Below, piece after piece: positions 17,840 through 26,782 of a stretch of DNA of 32,000 nt. Position 1 is the stretch's first letter; the number at the start of each line of letters is the position of its first letter. The position numbers and the translations under genes are program-made. The DNA comes from Pseudidiomarina andamanensis (lineage in GTDB: Bacteria > Pseudomonadota > Gammaproteobacteria > Enterobacterales > Alteromonadaceae). Under the pieces are notes generated by a model. The model saw only the letters and a program-made list of their open reading frames with translations, searched no databases and was not told where the DNA came from. The DNA lies in NCBI RefSeq assembly GCF_009734345.1, contig NZ_CP032551.1, forward strand, positions 540,001 to 572,000. The letters run 5' to 3'.

Positions 17840-18819
17840 GTGTTATAGCCGTCGGCACAGTCGCGGCCGCTTTATGGTATAGCTATCACCAGCTGCAACA
17901 ACCTCTCGCTCTCAAGCAATCCATTTTATTTGAAGTGAAGCGCGGTATGCACGCGCGAACCATTTTAGAACAACTCAATAAGCAAGGCGCCACTATTCAA
18001 GTTACTCCTGTTTATGTAGCAAGCCGTTTATTCGATGTACCGCAGCGTTTGCAAGCTGGTGTGTACGAAATTCACCCGGCTGATAGTGTTGCCACGGTCT
18101 GGCGAAAACTTCGCACCGGCGACCAGTATTTATTTCAGGTGACGTTGGTTGAGGGACGCACCTTTGCTGAGTGGTTAAAGATTATCGCAAGTTCAGAGCG
18201 CTTGGTTCTTAGCGCGGTAGATGACAAAAAAATCAATATAATCGACGTGTTGAACCAGCGTTTGGGCACACAGCACGCATCTTTTGAGGGGCTACTTTTC
18301 CCTGATACCTATCATTATATGGCGGGTACCAAAGCCATTGAAATATTGGTAAAAGCGTACGAGCGGATGCAATCGGAGCTGACAGAAATTTGGGCACAGC
18401 GAAGTGATGATTTGCCCTATGAAAAGCCTTACGAGTTGCTTATTATGGCATCTATTATTGAAAAAGAGACTGGTATTGGCGGTGAACGTTCGAAGGTGAG
18501 TTCTGTGTTTGTAAATCGGCTGCGTAAGGGAATGCGTTTGCAGTCTGATCCAACCACAATATATGGTATTGAAAACTTTAATGGCAACTTAACGCGCGCT
18601 CATTTACGCGAACTCACGCCATTTAATACCTATCGTATTGATGGTCTGCCGCCAACACCAATTGCAATGCCAAGTCGTGAAAGTTTAATCGCGGCGGCAC
18701 ATCCTGAACAAACCGAATACTATTATTTTGTCGCCGATGGTACTGGTGGCCACGTTTTCTCGAAAACACTGGTAGAACACAATCGTGCGGTGAATCGTTA
18801 TCAAAGGAATCAAGGTTAA
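17800..18819 (+). CDS. mltG: endolytic murein transglycosylase MltG (YceG)
   Basis: N-terminal TM helix ([21 protein letters not shown]) and a catalytic-Glu block [10 protein letters not shown]. The GTG start at 17800 overlaps the pabC end by 40 nt. The start codon is uncertain, but the TM segment requires a start near here. Confidence 0.88.
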   Translation: MVFKRFIQIFVSLSVIAVGTVAAALWYSYHQLQQPLALKQSILFEVKRGMHARTILEQLNKQGATIQVTPVYVASRLFDVPQRLQAGVYEIHPADSVATVWRKLRTGDQYLFQVTLVEGRTFAEWLKIIASSERLVLSAVDDKKINIIDVLNQRLGTQHASFEGLLFPDTYHYMAGTKAIEILVKAYERMQSELTEIWAQRSDDLPYEKPYELLIMASIIEKETGIGGERSKVSSVFVNRLRKGMRLQSDPTTIYGIENFNGNLTRAHLRELTPFNTYRIDGLPPTPIAMPSRESLIAAAHPEQTEYYYFVADGTGGHVFSKTLVEHNRAVNRYQRNQG

Positions 18820-19451
18820 TGCCACTGGGCAAATTTATTGTCATTGAAGGGTTAGAAGGCGCCGGTAAAAGTTCAGCGATTGCCAGTGTGGTTGCCCATT
18901 TACACGCCAAAGGTATTGCGACGCAAACCGTTCGAGAACCGGGTGGTACGCCATTGGCAGAGGCCATTCGTGGCTTGGTGAAGCAGGATTGGGACGAGCG
19001 TTTAACCGCCGAGACTGAATTATTACTCATGTACGCAAGTCGCGCACAGTTGGTTGAAAACGTAATTAAGCCCGCATTGCAAAAGGGTGTTTGGGTTATT
19101 GCCGATCGTCATGATTTGTCGTCGCGAGCCTATCAAGGTGGCGGTCGCCAGTTAGGTGACGAGAAACTCACTACGCTTCGCCAATTGGTATTAGGGGAAT
19201 TCGTCCCAGATTTGACGTTATTATTGGATGTTGATCCGAAGCAGGGGCTTGCGCGTGCTCGTGAACGCGGCGAACTGGATCGCATTGAGCAAGAAGATCT
19301 TGTCTTCTTCGAGCGCACGCGCGAACGATACCTTCAAATTGCTCGAGATGAGCCGAATATTTGTGTTGTGAATAGTAATCAAGCGATGGCGGATGTGCAT
19401 CGCGATTTACTGAATCAGCTTGAGCAACATTTGTTTCATGAGTACGGGTAA
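18819..19451 (+). CDS. tmk: thymidylate kinase
   Basis: P-loop [14 protein letters not shown] and a DRH..SS.AYQG block. Its ATG overlaps the mltG stop by 1 nt (TAATG). Confidence 0.95.
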   Translation: MPLGKFIVIEGLEGAGKSSAIASVVAHLHAKGIATQTVREPGGTPLAEAIRGLVKQDWDERLTAETELLLMYASRAQLVENVIKPALQKGVWVIADRHDLSSRAYQGGGRQLGDEKLTTLRQLVLGEFVPDLTLLLDVDPKQGLARARERGELDRIEQEDLVFFERTRERYLQIARDEPNICVVNSNQAMADVHRDLLNQLEQHLFHEYG

Positions 19452-19454
19452 GAT

Positions 19455-20420
19455 ATGAGTTTACCTTGGTTACGTGATCCTTGGCGGCAGCTGGTTGCTG
19501 ATTTCCACAGTCAGCGTTTTGGCCATGCACACTGTATACCTGATAGAAAAGGTTTGGGTGCCGAAGCTTATACGCATACTTTGGTTAAGTTTTTACTCTG
19601 TTTAGAGCCAAGCCAACAAGCCTGCGGTAAATGTAAAAGTTGCTTACTGATGGCTGCTGGCACGCACCCAGACTACTATGACGTTGCAAGCGAAGATAAT
19701 CGCGCAATTGGTGTCGATAAAATTCGAGAGCTAACCCAAAAATTGCAACAAACAGCGAGCCAGCATGGTAGCAAAGTTGCGTGGATTAAAGATGCGCATC
19801 GCATGACCACTGAGGCAGCAAATGCGCTGTTGAAGACCCTCGAAGAGCCAAGTGCAAATACCTATTTAATACTTAGCCCTGAGCGTACCAGCGATTTATT
19901 GCCGACGCTACGCAGTCGCATGCGTCTACACACCTTTCATGAACCGAATCAAACGGCGGTTGAAAGCTGGCTAACACAACAGTTAGGGCGAACACTTTCG
20001 GAACCTGAGCGCATTCGAAGTCAACAGTTCCAAGGCGCCCCATTGACCGCATTAGCAGCATTGAAAGGGGAGATGGCCGATCCGGTCGATTTTGTTCAAA
20101 TTATCGCGTACGCCATGATGAATGACGCACCATGGCCACAGCCCAAGAAAGATGATGTGCAGCAGTGGCTTGAAGCCTCGCTGGCATGGCTGCAAGAACT
20201 GGTTCGTATACGCCAGAGGGTCGCTCAACAACGCTTACATTATCCGCAACTGGCTCAAAGCGCGCAGGAATGGCTGCAACGAGAACAGATATCTGTTACA
20301 ACATTAAACGGTTGGCTCGCTTTATGTTATAATTTGCGCAAAATTACACGTGAACAGTCCGGCTTAAACCTACCATTATTATTACAACAACAGTGGTTAC
20401 AATGGAAACAAAGACCGTAG
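19455..20420 (+). CDS. holB: DNA polymerase III subunit delta prime
   Basis: Zn-module CGKCKSC, a KTLEEP box and SRC-like TLRSRM. The Walker-A position is degenerate (DRKGLGAEA), as expected for delta prime. It follows tmk. Confidence 0.9.
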   Translation: MSLPWLRDPWRQLVADFHSQRFGHAHCIPDRKGLGAEAYTHTLVKFLLCLEPSQQACGKCKSCLLMAAGTHPDYYDVASEDNRAIGVDKIRELTQKLQQTASQHGSKVAWIKDAHRMTTEAANALLKTLEEPSANTYLILSPERTSDLLPTLRSRMRLHTFHEPNQTAVESWLTQQLGRTLSEPERIRSQQFQGAPLTALAALKGEMADPVDFVQIIAYAMMNDAPWPQPKKDDVQQWLEASLAWLQELVRIRQRVAQQRLHYPQLAQSAQEWLQREQISVTTLNGWLALCYNLRKITREQSGLNLPLLLQQQWLQWKQRP

Positions 20421-20767
20421 CAGCTGACGCTGAAGCAGACTTACCAAAGAAACGAATTGTGCTTGGTACTGAAGCGCAATTACGCCGTTATTACATGCCT
20501 TTTATTAAAGGCGGCGGGTTGTTTTTAACAACAGATGAACCGCTAAATATTGGTGATGCGTTTCTACTTGAAGTACGTCTTTTTGGTGAACAAAACTCAG
20601 TGTTGGTAAAATGCAAAGTCGTGTGGTTAGCCCCATCTAAGCCTGGACGTCCAGAACAGCAGGGCGTTGGTGTTCAATTTATTGACGATAAAGCCATGTT
20701 AAAAAACATGATTGAGTCAAAGTTAGCCGCTATTGGTAACACGGGCACACCAACCGCCACTATGTAA
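20402..20767 (+). CDS. pilZ: PilZ protein, type IV pilus assembly type (PA2960-like, probably not c-di-GMP binding)
   Basis: YMPFIKGGGLFLTT...GDAFLLEV...KVVWLAP...GVGVQF resembles P. aeruginosa PilZ as I remember it. The holB-pilZ-tatD placement matches Pseudomonas. No RxxxR or D/NxSxxG motifs. The ATG at 20402 (or GTG at 20393) lies inside the holB 3' end. Confidence 0.75.
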   Translation: METKTVAADAEADLPKKRIVLGTEAQLRRYYMPFIKGGGLFLTTDEPLNIGDAFLLEVRLFGEQNSVLVKCKVVWLAPSKPGRPEQQGVGVQFIDDKAMLKNMIESKLAAIGNTGTPTATM

Positions 20768-20791
20768 CACATCTTTGATTTTGGAGTTGTT

Positions 20792-21574
20792 GTGTTTGTC
20801 GATTCCCACTGTCATCTCGATAAAATAGATCTCGCAAATTTTAATGGCGATTTTACTGCCATCATCGATGCCGCTCGTGCGGCTCAAGTTGAGCATATGC
20901 TGTGCATTGGCGTCACGCTTGACGATTTTCCCGCAATGCGTGAACGCGTCGCTGGTTTTTCTGATATCAGTATTTCTTGTGGCGTGCATCCGCTCTATGT
21001 TGCGAAACATCCGCTGAATAAAGCACAGTTAAAAGAGTGGGCTGCATTACCTGAGGTAGTAGCTATTGGTGAAACCGGTCTCGATTACTACTACGATCCT
21101 GAAAGCCGCCCGGTGCAGCAAGAGAGTTTTGCTTACCATATTGAGCTGGCGAATGAGTTAGACAAACCGTTAATTATTCATACCCGCGACGCCCGCGATG
21201 ACACGATTGCGATGCTACGCGAAGGCCATGCTGACCGCTGCGGTGGTGTGCTCCATTGTTTTACTGAATCACTGGAGATGGCTCAGCAAGCAATTGAGCA
21301 CCTCGATTTTTATATTTCTATTTCTGGAATTGCTTCGTTTCGAAATGCCGCCGAGTTACGCGATGTTGTAAAAGCGTTACCGCTTGAGCGCTTATTAATT
21401 GAAACTGATAGCCCTTGGTTAGCTCCGGTACCGCATCGCGGTAAAGAGAACCAACCCGCTTTTGTTGCCGATGTTGCGAAGTGCGTTGCTGATGTGAAAG
21501 GTGTGACGTTAGCTGAGGTAGCAGAAGTGACTACACATAACTTTTATTCGTTGTTTAAACGGGTGCGAACATAA
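20792..21574 (+). CDS. tatD: TatD-family metal-dependent DNase/hydrolase (YcfH type)
   Basis: N-terminal FVDSHCHLD metal-binding motif and later ETGLDYYY, IIHTRDA and ETDSPWL blocks. GTG start at 20792 with GGAG upstream. Confidence 0.9.
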   Translation: MFVDSHCHLDKIDLANFNGDFTAIIDAARAAQVEHMLCIGVTLDDFPAMRERVAGFSDISISCGVHPLYVAKHPLNKAQLKEWAALPEVVAIGETGLDYYYDPESRPVQQESFAYHIELANELDKPLIIHTRDARDDTIAMLREGHADRCGGVLHCFTESLEMAQQAIEHLDFYISISGIASFRNAAELRDVVKALPLERLLIETDSPWLAPVPHRGKENQPAFVADVAKCVADVKGVTLAEVAEVTTHNFYSLFKRVRT

Positions 21575-21691
21575 TTTTGTACGTTTTTCACACAAAAAAT
21601 TCGCATTTTAAAAATTACGATCTAAACTAAATCTTACCCTCGAAATTTATCGAGTTAGCGCACGGCTCAATCCCTTGAGCCATTCCCCTAA

Positions 21692-21729
21692 GCTCGGGAC
21701 AACTTGGATTCGTCCCGAGCATTTTTTTT
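21692..21729 (+). terminator. rho-independent terminator closing the pabC-tatD gene string
   Basis: GCTCGGGAC (21692-21700) / GTCCCGAGC (21712-21720) with an 11-nt loop, then A followed by T8 (21722-21729). Confidence 0.8.
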
Positions 21730-21784
21730 GCCTAAAAATTTATTCATTAAAACAAGTAGTTAGACTAGGCAAGCGTAAGCTTTA

Positions 21785-23128
21785 TTAACCCCGCCAGATG
21801 ACTAATAAAATCAAAATTGGGCAAATGAATTTGACGTACCATGGCCAAACTTTCCAGAACCAAGTTTTATCAATTTCAGGCGCACCCTCTTGAAGCGCTT
21901 TAAGCAAGAAATGCTGGCGTAGAATCCACGTTAATAACAAACCGAATACAAGCGCGAGCAGCGGTTGCATGTACACGGTCGTAAACGTTACAACAGCACC
22001 GAATAAACTCGAGAAATTGTAAATAATAATCGCTGAAATAAGGCCGATAGTGGCGCCGACTACCCAAACCATTTGTGCGCGTGATTGACCGGTTTCTTCA
22101 ACGAGTGCATTAACCGGCGCTTCAAGCATGGAAATGGATGAAGTAATGGCTGCGATAACCATTAACGCAAAGAAGGCGAGCCCCACCCATAATCCAGCAT
22201 GTCCCATGGAATTAAACATCGCCGGCAACACGTTAAATACCAGTGTATCGCTCGACAATAGTTGACCGGCTTGGTCATAGATCACGACACCGAGCTCCTG
22301 CGCGGCAAACATTGCAGGCAGTATGAGTAGACCTGCTAGAAACGCAACCGAAGTATCGAGACCAGCAACCCAACCTGCAGTTTTTGGCAGGTGCTCATCT
22401 TTGGAAAGATAAGCGCCATAGGTCATCATGCAACAAACACCCAATGACAATGAGAAGAATGCTTGTCCCATCGCACGAATCACCAGGTTAGGATTCGTTA
22501 CTTGTTCAAAATCAGGCGTGAGATACATTTTTAAGCCGTCAATAGCACCAGGCAGCGTTAAAATGTAAAGCGCCATGGCAATCAGCAGAACAAACAATAA
22601 CGGCATAAGGCGACGCGACCAACGCTCGATGCCGTCGGTTACGCCAGAGCGCACAACATGAATGGTAAGTACAAGGAACAAGACCATCATGATTAAATTG
22701 CGCTCAACACCAAAATCGGTCAACCAAGTGGCTGCACTATGAAATCCTAGCAACTCGGCTAATGGCGCAAACATAAACGCGAGCAGCCAACCGGAAACAA
22801 TGGCGTAGAAGCTTAGAATTAGCGAGAGCACAATTAATCCGACAATTCCGGTAAATGCACCGAAACCACGCCAAAATGGCTTATCGCTTAGCGCACGTAA
22901 CGCCTCAACCGGATTACGTTGGCGCATACGGCCAATAGTTAACTCAGCAACCAACATTGGATAGGCGAGTAGGGCAACCATTAATAAATAAACTAATAGA
23001 AAGGCACCACCACCGTTTTGTGCTGCTTGAGTTGGGAAGCCCCAAATGTTGCCAACGCCAACAGCTGAACCAGCTGCGGCGAGAATGAAACCGATACGAG
23101 ATGAAAAAGCAGGAGATTTAAGAGCCAT
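21785..23128 (-). CDS. neurotransmitter:sodium symporter (NSS/SNF) family transporter
   Basis: N-terminal FILAAAGSAVGVGNIWGFP signature of bacterial NSS transporters. The 447-aa sequence is highly hydrophobic with multiple TM segments. Confidence 0.88.
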   Translation of the reverse strand: MALKSPAFSSRIGFILAAAGSAVGVGNIWGFPTQAAQNGGGAFLLVYLLMVALLAYPMLVAELTIGRMRQRNPVEALRALSDKPFWRGFGAFTGIVGLIVLSLILSFYAIVSGWLLAFMFAPLAELLGFHSAATWLTDFGVERNLIMMVLFLVLTIHVVRSGVTDGIERWSRRLMPLLFVLLIAMALYILTLPGAIDGLKMYLTPDFEQVTNPNLVIRAMGQAFFSLSLGVCCMMTYGAYLSKDEHLPKTAGWVAGLDTSVAFLAGLLILPAMFAAQELGVVIYDQAGQLLSSDTLVFNVLPAMFNSMGHAGLWVGLAFFALMVIAAITSSISMLEAPVNALVEETGQSRAQMVWVVGATIGLISAIIIYNFSSLFGAVVTFTTVYMQPLLALVFGLLLTWILRQHFLLKALQEGAPEIDKTWFWKVWPWYVKFICPILILLVIWRG

Positions 23129-23161
23129 ATTATTATTCTTGTTGTTCTGTGATTATTCGGC

Positions 23162-24172
23162 TTAGGCGGTCAATTCACCACGTAAGTTAGTTTCAAGGAG
23201 ATTATTTATTTCACGCTGAGATAAATTCTGTGACAACAAATAATGCAGTTTTGTGAGCGCAGCTTCAATAGTCATGTCATGACCGCTGACAACGCCAACT
23301 TGCGCCAACGCGTTACCAGTTGCGTAACCGCCCATATTCACCTTGCCTTTGAAACACTGAGTGCAGTTAAGCACAACCGTACCTTGCTCAATGGCGCGCT
23401 GCAAACTGGCAAGTAGTTTGGGATCTTGTGGGGCATTGCCGACGCCATAACTTTGCATAATGAGGGCTTTTACTGGCTGCTGCAGCATATTATCAAAAAT
23501 TGCAGCTGAAATGCCGGGATATAAAGTCACCACACCAATTGCTTGAGGTGTTACGGAGGTTAAACGTAGGGGTTCGTGGCCAATGTCTTCAATGGTTCCA
23601 GCATCCACCGTAATTTGTATGCCGGCTTTCAGCAACGGCGCAAAATTTGGTGATGCAAACGCATTAAAACCATTCGCATCGGCTTTTGTTGCGCGATTAC
23701 CACGATACAAGGTGTTGTTAAAAAACAAGCCGACTTCGTGAATTGGGTAGTTCGCCGCAATATAAAGGGCATTCAGAAGGTTAGTTTGGCCATCAGAGCG
23801 TAATGCTGCCAGAGGTATTTGCGAGCCAGTAATAATTACCGGCTTAGTTAAATTCTCAAACATGAATGATAACGCGGAAGCCGTGTAAGCCATGGTGTCG
23901 GTACCATGTAATATCACGAAACCATCGTAGTCATTGTAATTGTTCTGGATATCCTCGGCGATGTGTTGCCAATCGGCAGGGGACATATCCGATGAATCCA
24001 TGAGTGGATCATACTCGTGAATGGTGAACTCTGGCATTTCGTCCCGATAGAACTCGGGCATGCGCTTTACACACTCTGTCAAAAAGCCAGACACAGGGAT
24101 ATAACCCTGTGTCGACTTTTGCATACCAATTGTTCCGCCTGTGTAGGCGACATAAATACGTTTTTTAGTCAT
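23162..24172 (-). CDS. ansA: cytoplasmic L-asparaginase I
   Basis: IYVAYTGGTIGMQKSTQGYIPVSGF and ILHGTDTMAYTASALSF blocks are near-identical to E. coli AnsA as remembered. It follows sppA, as in E. coli. Confidence 0.95.
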   Translation of the reverse strand: MTKKRIYVAYTGGTIGMQKSTQGYIPVSGFLTECVKRMPEFYRDEMPEFTIHEYDPLMDSSDMSPADWQHIAEDIQNNYNDYDGFVILHGTDTMAYTASALSFMFENLTKPVIITGSQIPLAALRSDGQTNLLNALYIAANYPIHEVGLFFNNTLYRGNRATKADANGFNAFASPNFAPLLKAGIQITVDAGTIEDIGHEPLRLTSVTPQAIGVVTLYPGISAAIFDNMLQQPVKALIMQSYGVGNAPQDPKLLASLQRAIEQGTVVLNCTQCFKGKVNMGGYATGNALAQVGVVSGHDMTIEAALTKLHYLLSQNLSQREINNLLETNLRGELTA

Positions 24173-24175
24173 GAA

Positions 24176-26029
24176 TCACTGCAGTGGACATAGTTCGCAC
24201 AGTGCATAAACACCGTTCGGGTCGTTAAATTTATCCAGTAATTTAACTTCCTGCCACACGCGTTGCAATTCCATTTCAATTGGCGAGTGATTTTTTTCAA
24301 AAACGGACGCCGGTATCCAAGCACTCGCTTGACCGAACAAATCACGCATGAACTTATCGCGAGCTGATAAATCGGCTTCAATCACTTCTACGTCGTATTC
24401 AACAACATCAGCTTTCTGAGCTGCCGCACGAATGGCATCATCGAGCCCACCAAGCTGGTCAACTAGCCCAAACTGTTGCGCTTGGCTACCAGTCCAAACA
24501 CGACCTTGCGCTACAGCATGCACCTCGTCGTAGCTCATATCGCGGCTTTCAGCGACCATGCTCACAAAATCACGGTAGAACTTTTCGATGCTCATTTGTA
24601 CGACTTGCTTGCCGCCTTCATCAAGACCACGAGTAACGTCGAGTACCGGTAAATTCGTGGTGTGATAGCCGTCGTTATAAACACCGATTTCAGCCAATGA
24701 GTTTTCAAACGTGAAGAACATACCGAACACGCCAATTGAGCCGGTGATGGTTTCTGGTGCGGCCCAAATTTCATCGGCACTTGCAGCAATCCAGTAACCA
24801 CCTGATGCGGCAACGCTGCTCATTGAAGCAATCACAGGTTTGCCAGCTTTCTGTAACTCGAGAACTTCCTGGCGAATCACTTCTGAAGCAAAGCCGCTGC
24901 CACCTGGGCTATCAATGCGAAGCACCACCGCTTTGACTTGATCATCTAAGCGCGCTTTTCGTAAGAGTTCAGCAGTGCTGTCACCGCCAATCATGCCAGC
25001 TTTCTGACGACCATCAACAATAACACCACGCGCAACAACAATGGCAATGTTGTCACGTTCTTTGGTTTCTTCTTTAAAAGCTTGGCCATTTAGTGATTCT
25101 AAATAGTCCTCGTGATTAATTTGACGCCAGCTTTTCTCGTCATCGTCAAGACCGGTTAGGGTGATCATTTCTTGACGGAATTGCTCGCGCGAATATAAAT
25201 CAGTAACTAAACCAGTACCGACAGCCATTTGTGCAAAATCGTTATTGTGTTCCGTTACGGCGGCTAAGAACTCGTCCATATCGCCAGAAAGAACACGTGA
25301 GTCTAATTCACGAAGTGCAGCGACATCGGTTATATACGTTTGCCAGAGCTCGTCATAAAGCATTTTGTTCGCTTCACGAGCTTGGTCAGACATATCGTTG
25401 CGCGTATACGGTTCAACCGCCGATTTATAAGCACCGACTTTGAATACATGTGTGCTGACTTTCAATTTCTCGAGTAACTCTTTGAAGTACAGGCGATACG
25501 AGCCATAGCCTTCAAACATCATCATGCCGAGCGGGTTTAAGTAAATTTTGTCGGCGTGCGCCGCAACGTAGTACTGGTCTTGGCTGTAGGCGTCAGCGTA
25601 GGTGATAACCGGCTTGCCGCTTTCACGAAATGCCAACAGCGCTTCGCCGAGAACATTCATCTTATTGAGGCCGCCGCCAGTAAAGCTGCTCACGTTCAAT
25701 TGGATTCCACTGATGCGGTCATCAGCTGCAGCTTTCTCAATCGCAACCACAACATCGCTTAGTAAAACTTCTGCCGGCTGGCCACTGCCGCCTAACATTT
25801 CATCAAAAAATGCGTCGACAGGATCAACCCACGTTTTCTCTTCAACTAAGCGACCATTTAATTCGAGCACAAGCACGCCGTTGTCTGGCACTCGAATTGG
25901 TTCTTCTTCTGCCGCAAAAAGGCCAATGAACACAAGCAAAATAAGGAAGAACACAATGTTCAAAATGATTTTGCGAATGACGTTAATGAGGCTAAATAGC
26001 TTTTTGAAGACTGAGGCGATACCGCTCAT
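24176..26029 (-). CDS. sppA: signal peptide peptidase SppA (protease IV, 67K type)
   Basis: N-terminal TM segment and two tandem S49 domains, the second carrying the SMSSVAASGGYWIA serine block. About 617 aa. I prefer the ATG at 26029 (GGGA upstream) to the ORF-track TTG at 26044. The stop lies 3 nt before the ansA start. Confidence 0.92.
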   Translation of the reverse strand: MSGIASVFKKLFSLINVIRKIILNIVFFLILLVFIGLFAAEEEPIRVPDNGVLVLELNGRLVEEKTWVDPVDAFFDEMLGGSGQPAEVLLSDVVVAIEKAAADDRISGIQLNVSSFTGGGLNKMNVLGEALLAFRESGKPVITYADAYSQDQYYVAAHADKIYLNPLGMMMFEGYGSYRLYFKELLEKLKVSTHVFKVGAYKSAVEPYTRNDMSDQAREANKMLYDELWQTYITDVAALRELDSRVLSGDMDEFLAAVTEHNNDFAQMAVGTGLVTDLYSREQFRQEMITLTGLDDDEKSWRQINHEDYLESLNGQAFKEETKERDNIAIVVARGVIVDGRQKAGMIGGDSTAELLRKARLDDQVKAVVLRIDSPGGSGFASEVIRQEVLELQKAGKPVIASMSSVAASGGYWIAASADEIWAAPETITGSIGVFGMFFTFENSLAEIGVYNDGYHTTNLPVLDVTRGLDEGGKQVVQMSIEKFYRDFVSMVAESRDMSYDEVHAVAQGRVWTGSQAQQFGLVDQLGGLDDAIRAAAQKADVVEYDVEVIEADLSARDKFMRDLFGQASAWIPASVFEKNHSPIEMELQRVWQEVKLLDKFNDPNGVYALCELCPLQ

Positions 26030-26177
26030 ATGAAACAATCCCAAATTAAATAGTGATGTTAGGAGATTACCGCAGAAATTACTGAGAAACTAGTAAGACA
26101 ATGTAACAGAGCGTGATCATTTGCTAAGCTATGGAAAACTTAGCGCAGTAGCGAAATTTCACTTTTTTGAGGATGTT

Positions 26178-26729
26178 ATGGACGCATTGGAACTTTTAAC
26201 AACACGCTCGTCAATGCCTCGGCTAATTGAGCCAGGCCCAACGAACGAGCAATTTAATTTGATGCTAAAAGCCGCAGCGCGAGCACCTGATCATATGGCG
26301 TTAATGCCGTATCATTTTATTGTTTTTAAGGAAGAGCAGCGTCAGCAATTAGGGCAAATATTCCAGCGCGCTGCTGTAGAGCAAGGTCAAGCCGAGGCAC
26401 AATGCGTGCAAGCAAGTCAGCTACCACTGCGTGCACCAATGGTAATTACTGTGGCGATGAAATACCAACCACACGATAAAGTACCGCGCGATGAACAGCT
26501 AGCGAGTGCGGCGTGTGCAACATTGCTATTACAGCAAGCAGCATTTTCGCAGGGGCTTGGGGCGATATGGCGGACGGGTTGGTACGCGGAATCATCGTTT
26601 GTAAAAGAGGAACTTGGCCTAGACGAACACGATGTGATTGTCGGTTTTTTGTATGTGGGCACACCTGCAGTACCAACACCAATAAAACCGAATAAGGAAT
26701 TGAACGACAAAGTTCAGTTCTGGCAGTAA
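26178..26729 (+). CDS. ydjA: nitroreductase-family protein YdjA
   Basis: MDALELLTTRSSMPRL... parallels the E. coli YdjA N-terminus (MDALELLINRRS...). It is divergent from sppA, as in E. coli. ATG at 26178 has a GAGGA RBS. The ORF-track TTG at 26121 is an over-extension. Confidence 0.88.
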   Translation: MDALELLTTRSSMPRLIEPGPTNEQFNLMLKAAARAPDHMALMPYHFIVFKEEQRQQLGQIFQRAAVEQGQAEAQCVQASQLPLRAPMVITVAMKYQPHDKVPRDEQLASAACATLLLQQAAFSQGLGAIWRTGWYAESSFVKEELGLDEHDVIVGFLYVGTPAVPTPIKPNKELNDKVQFWQ

Positions 26730-26739
26730 GTTAACCAAT

Positions 26740-26765
26740 AAAAAACCAGCCGAAGCTGGTTTTTT
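26740..26765. terminator. bidirectional rho-independent terminator between ydjA (+) and asnS (-)
   Basis: AAAAAACCAGC (26740-26750) / GCTGGTTTTTT (26755-26765) with a CGAA tetraloop. Confidence 0.85.
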
Positions 26766-26782
26766 ATTGCCTGCAATCATTG

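Noticed and set aside
21730-21784. Possible terminator for the minus-strand NSS transporter gene: the small AAGC-GTAA-GCTT palindrome near 21770, and the large 21692-21720 hairpin read from the minus strand.
   Set aside because: The small stem is only 4 bp. Read on the minus strand, the large hairpin is followed by TTAGGGG rather than a U-tract. Neither can be supported as an intrinsic terminator for that gene.
24169-24381. A 70-aa minus-strand ORF spanning the sppA end and the ansA start.
   Set aside because: It is out of frame within the sppA 3' end, Cys-rich, and has no RBS. The sppA and ansA frames fully explain this DNA.
25602-26033. A 143-aa plus-strand ORF, with other 60-130-aa antisense ORFs inside sppA, rluC (10165-10575), maf (11536-11895), yceD (12253-12651), mltG/tmk (18623-19030), tmk/holB (19171-19530) and fabD (15053-15409).
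   Set aside because: All are embedded antisense or out of frame within genes that carry strong family motifs. They lack RBSs and domains. These are typical shadow ORFs of moderately GC-balanced coding DNA.
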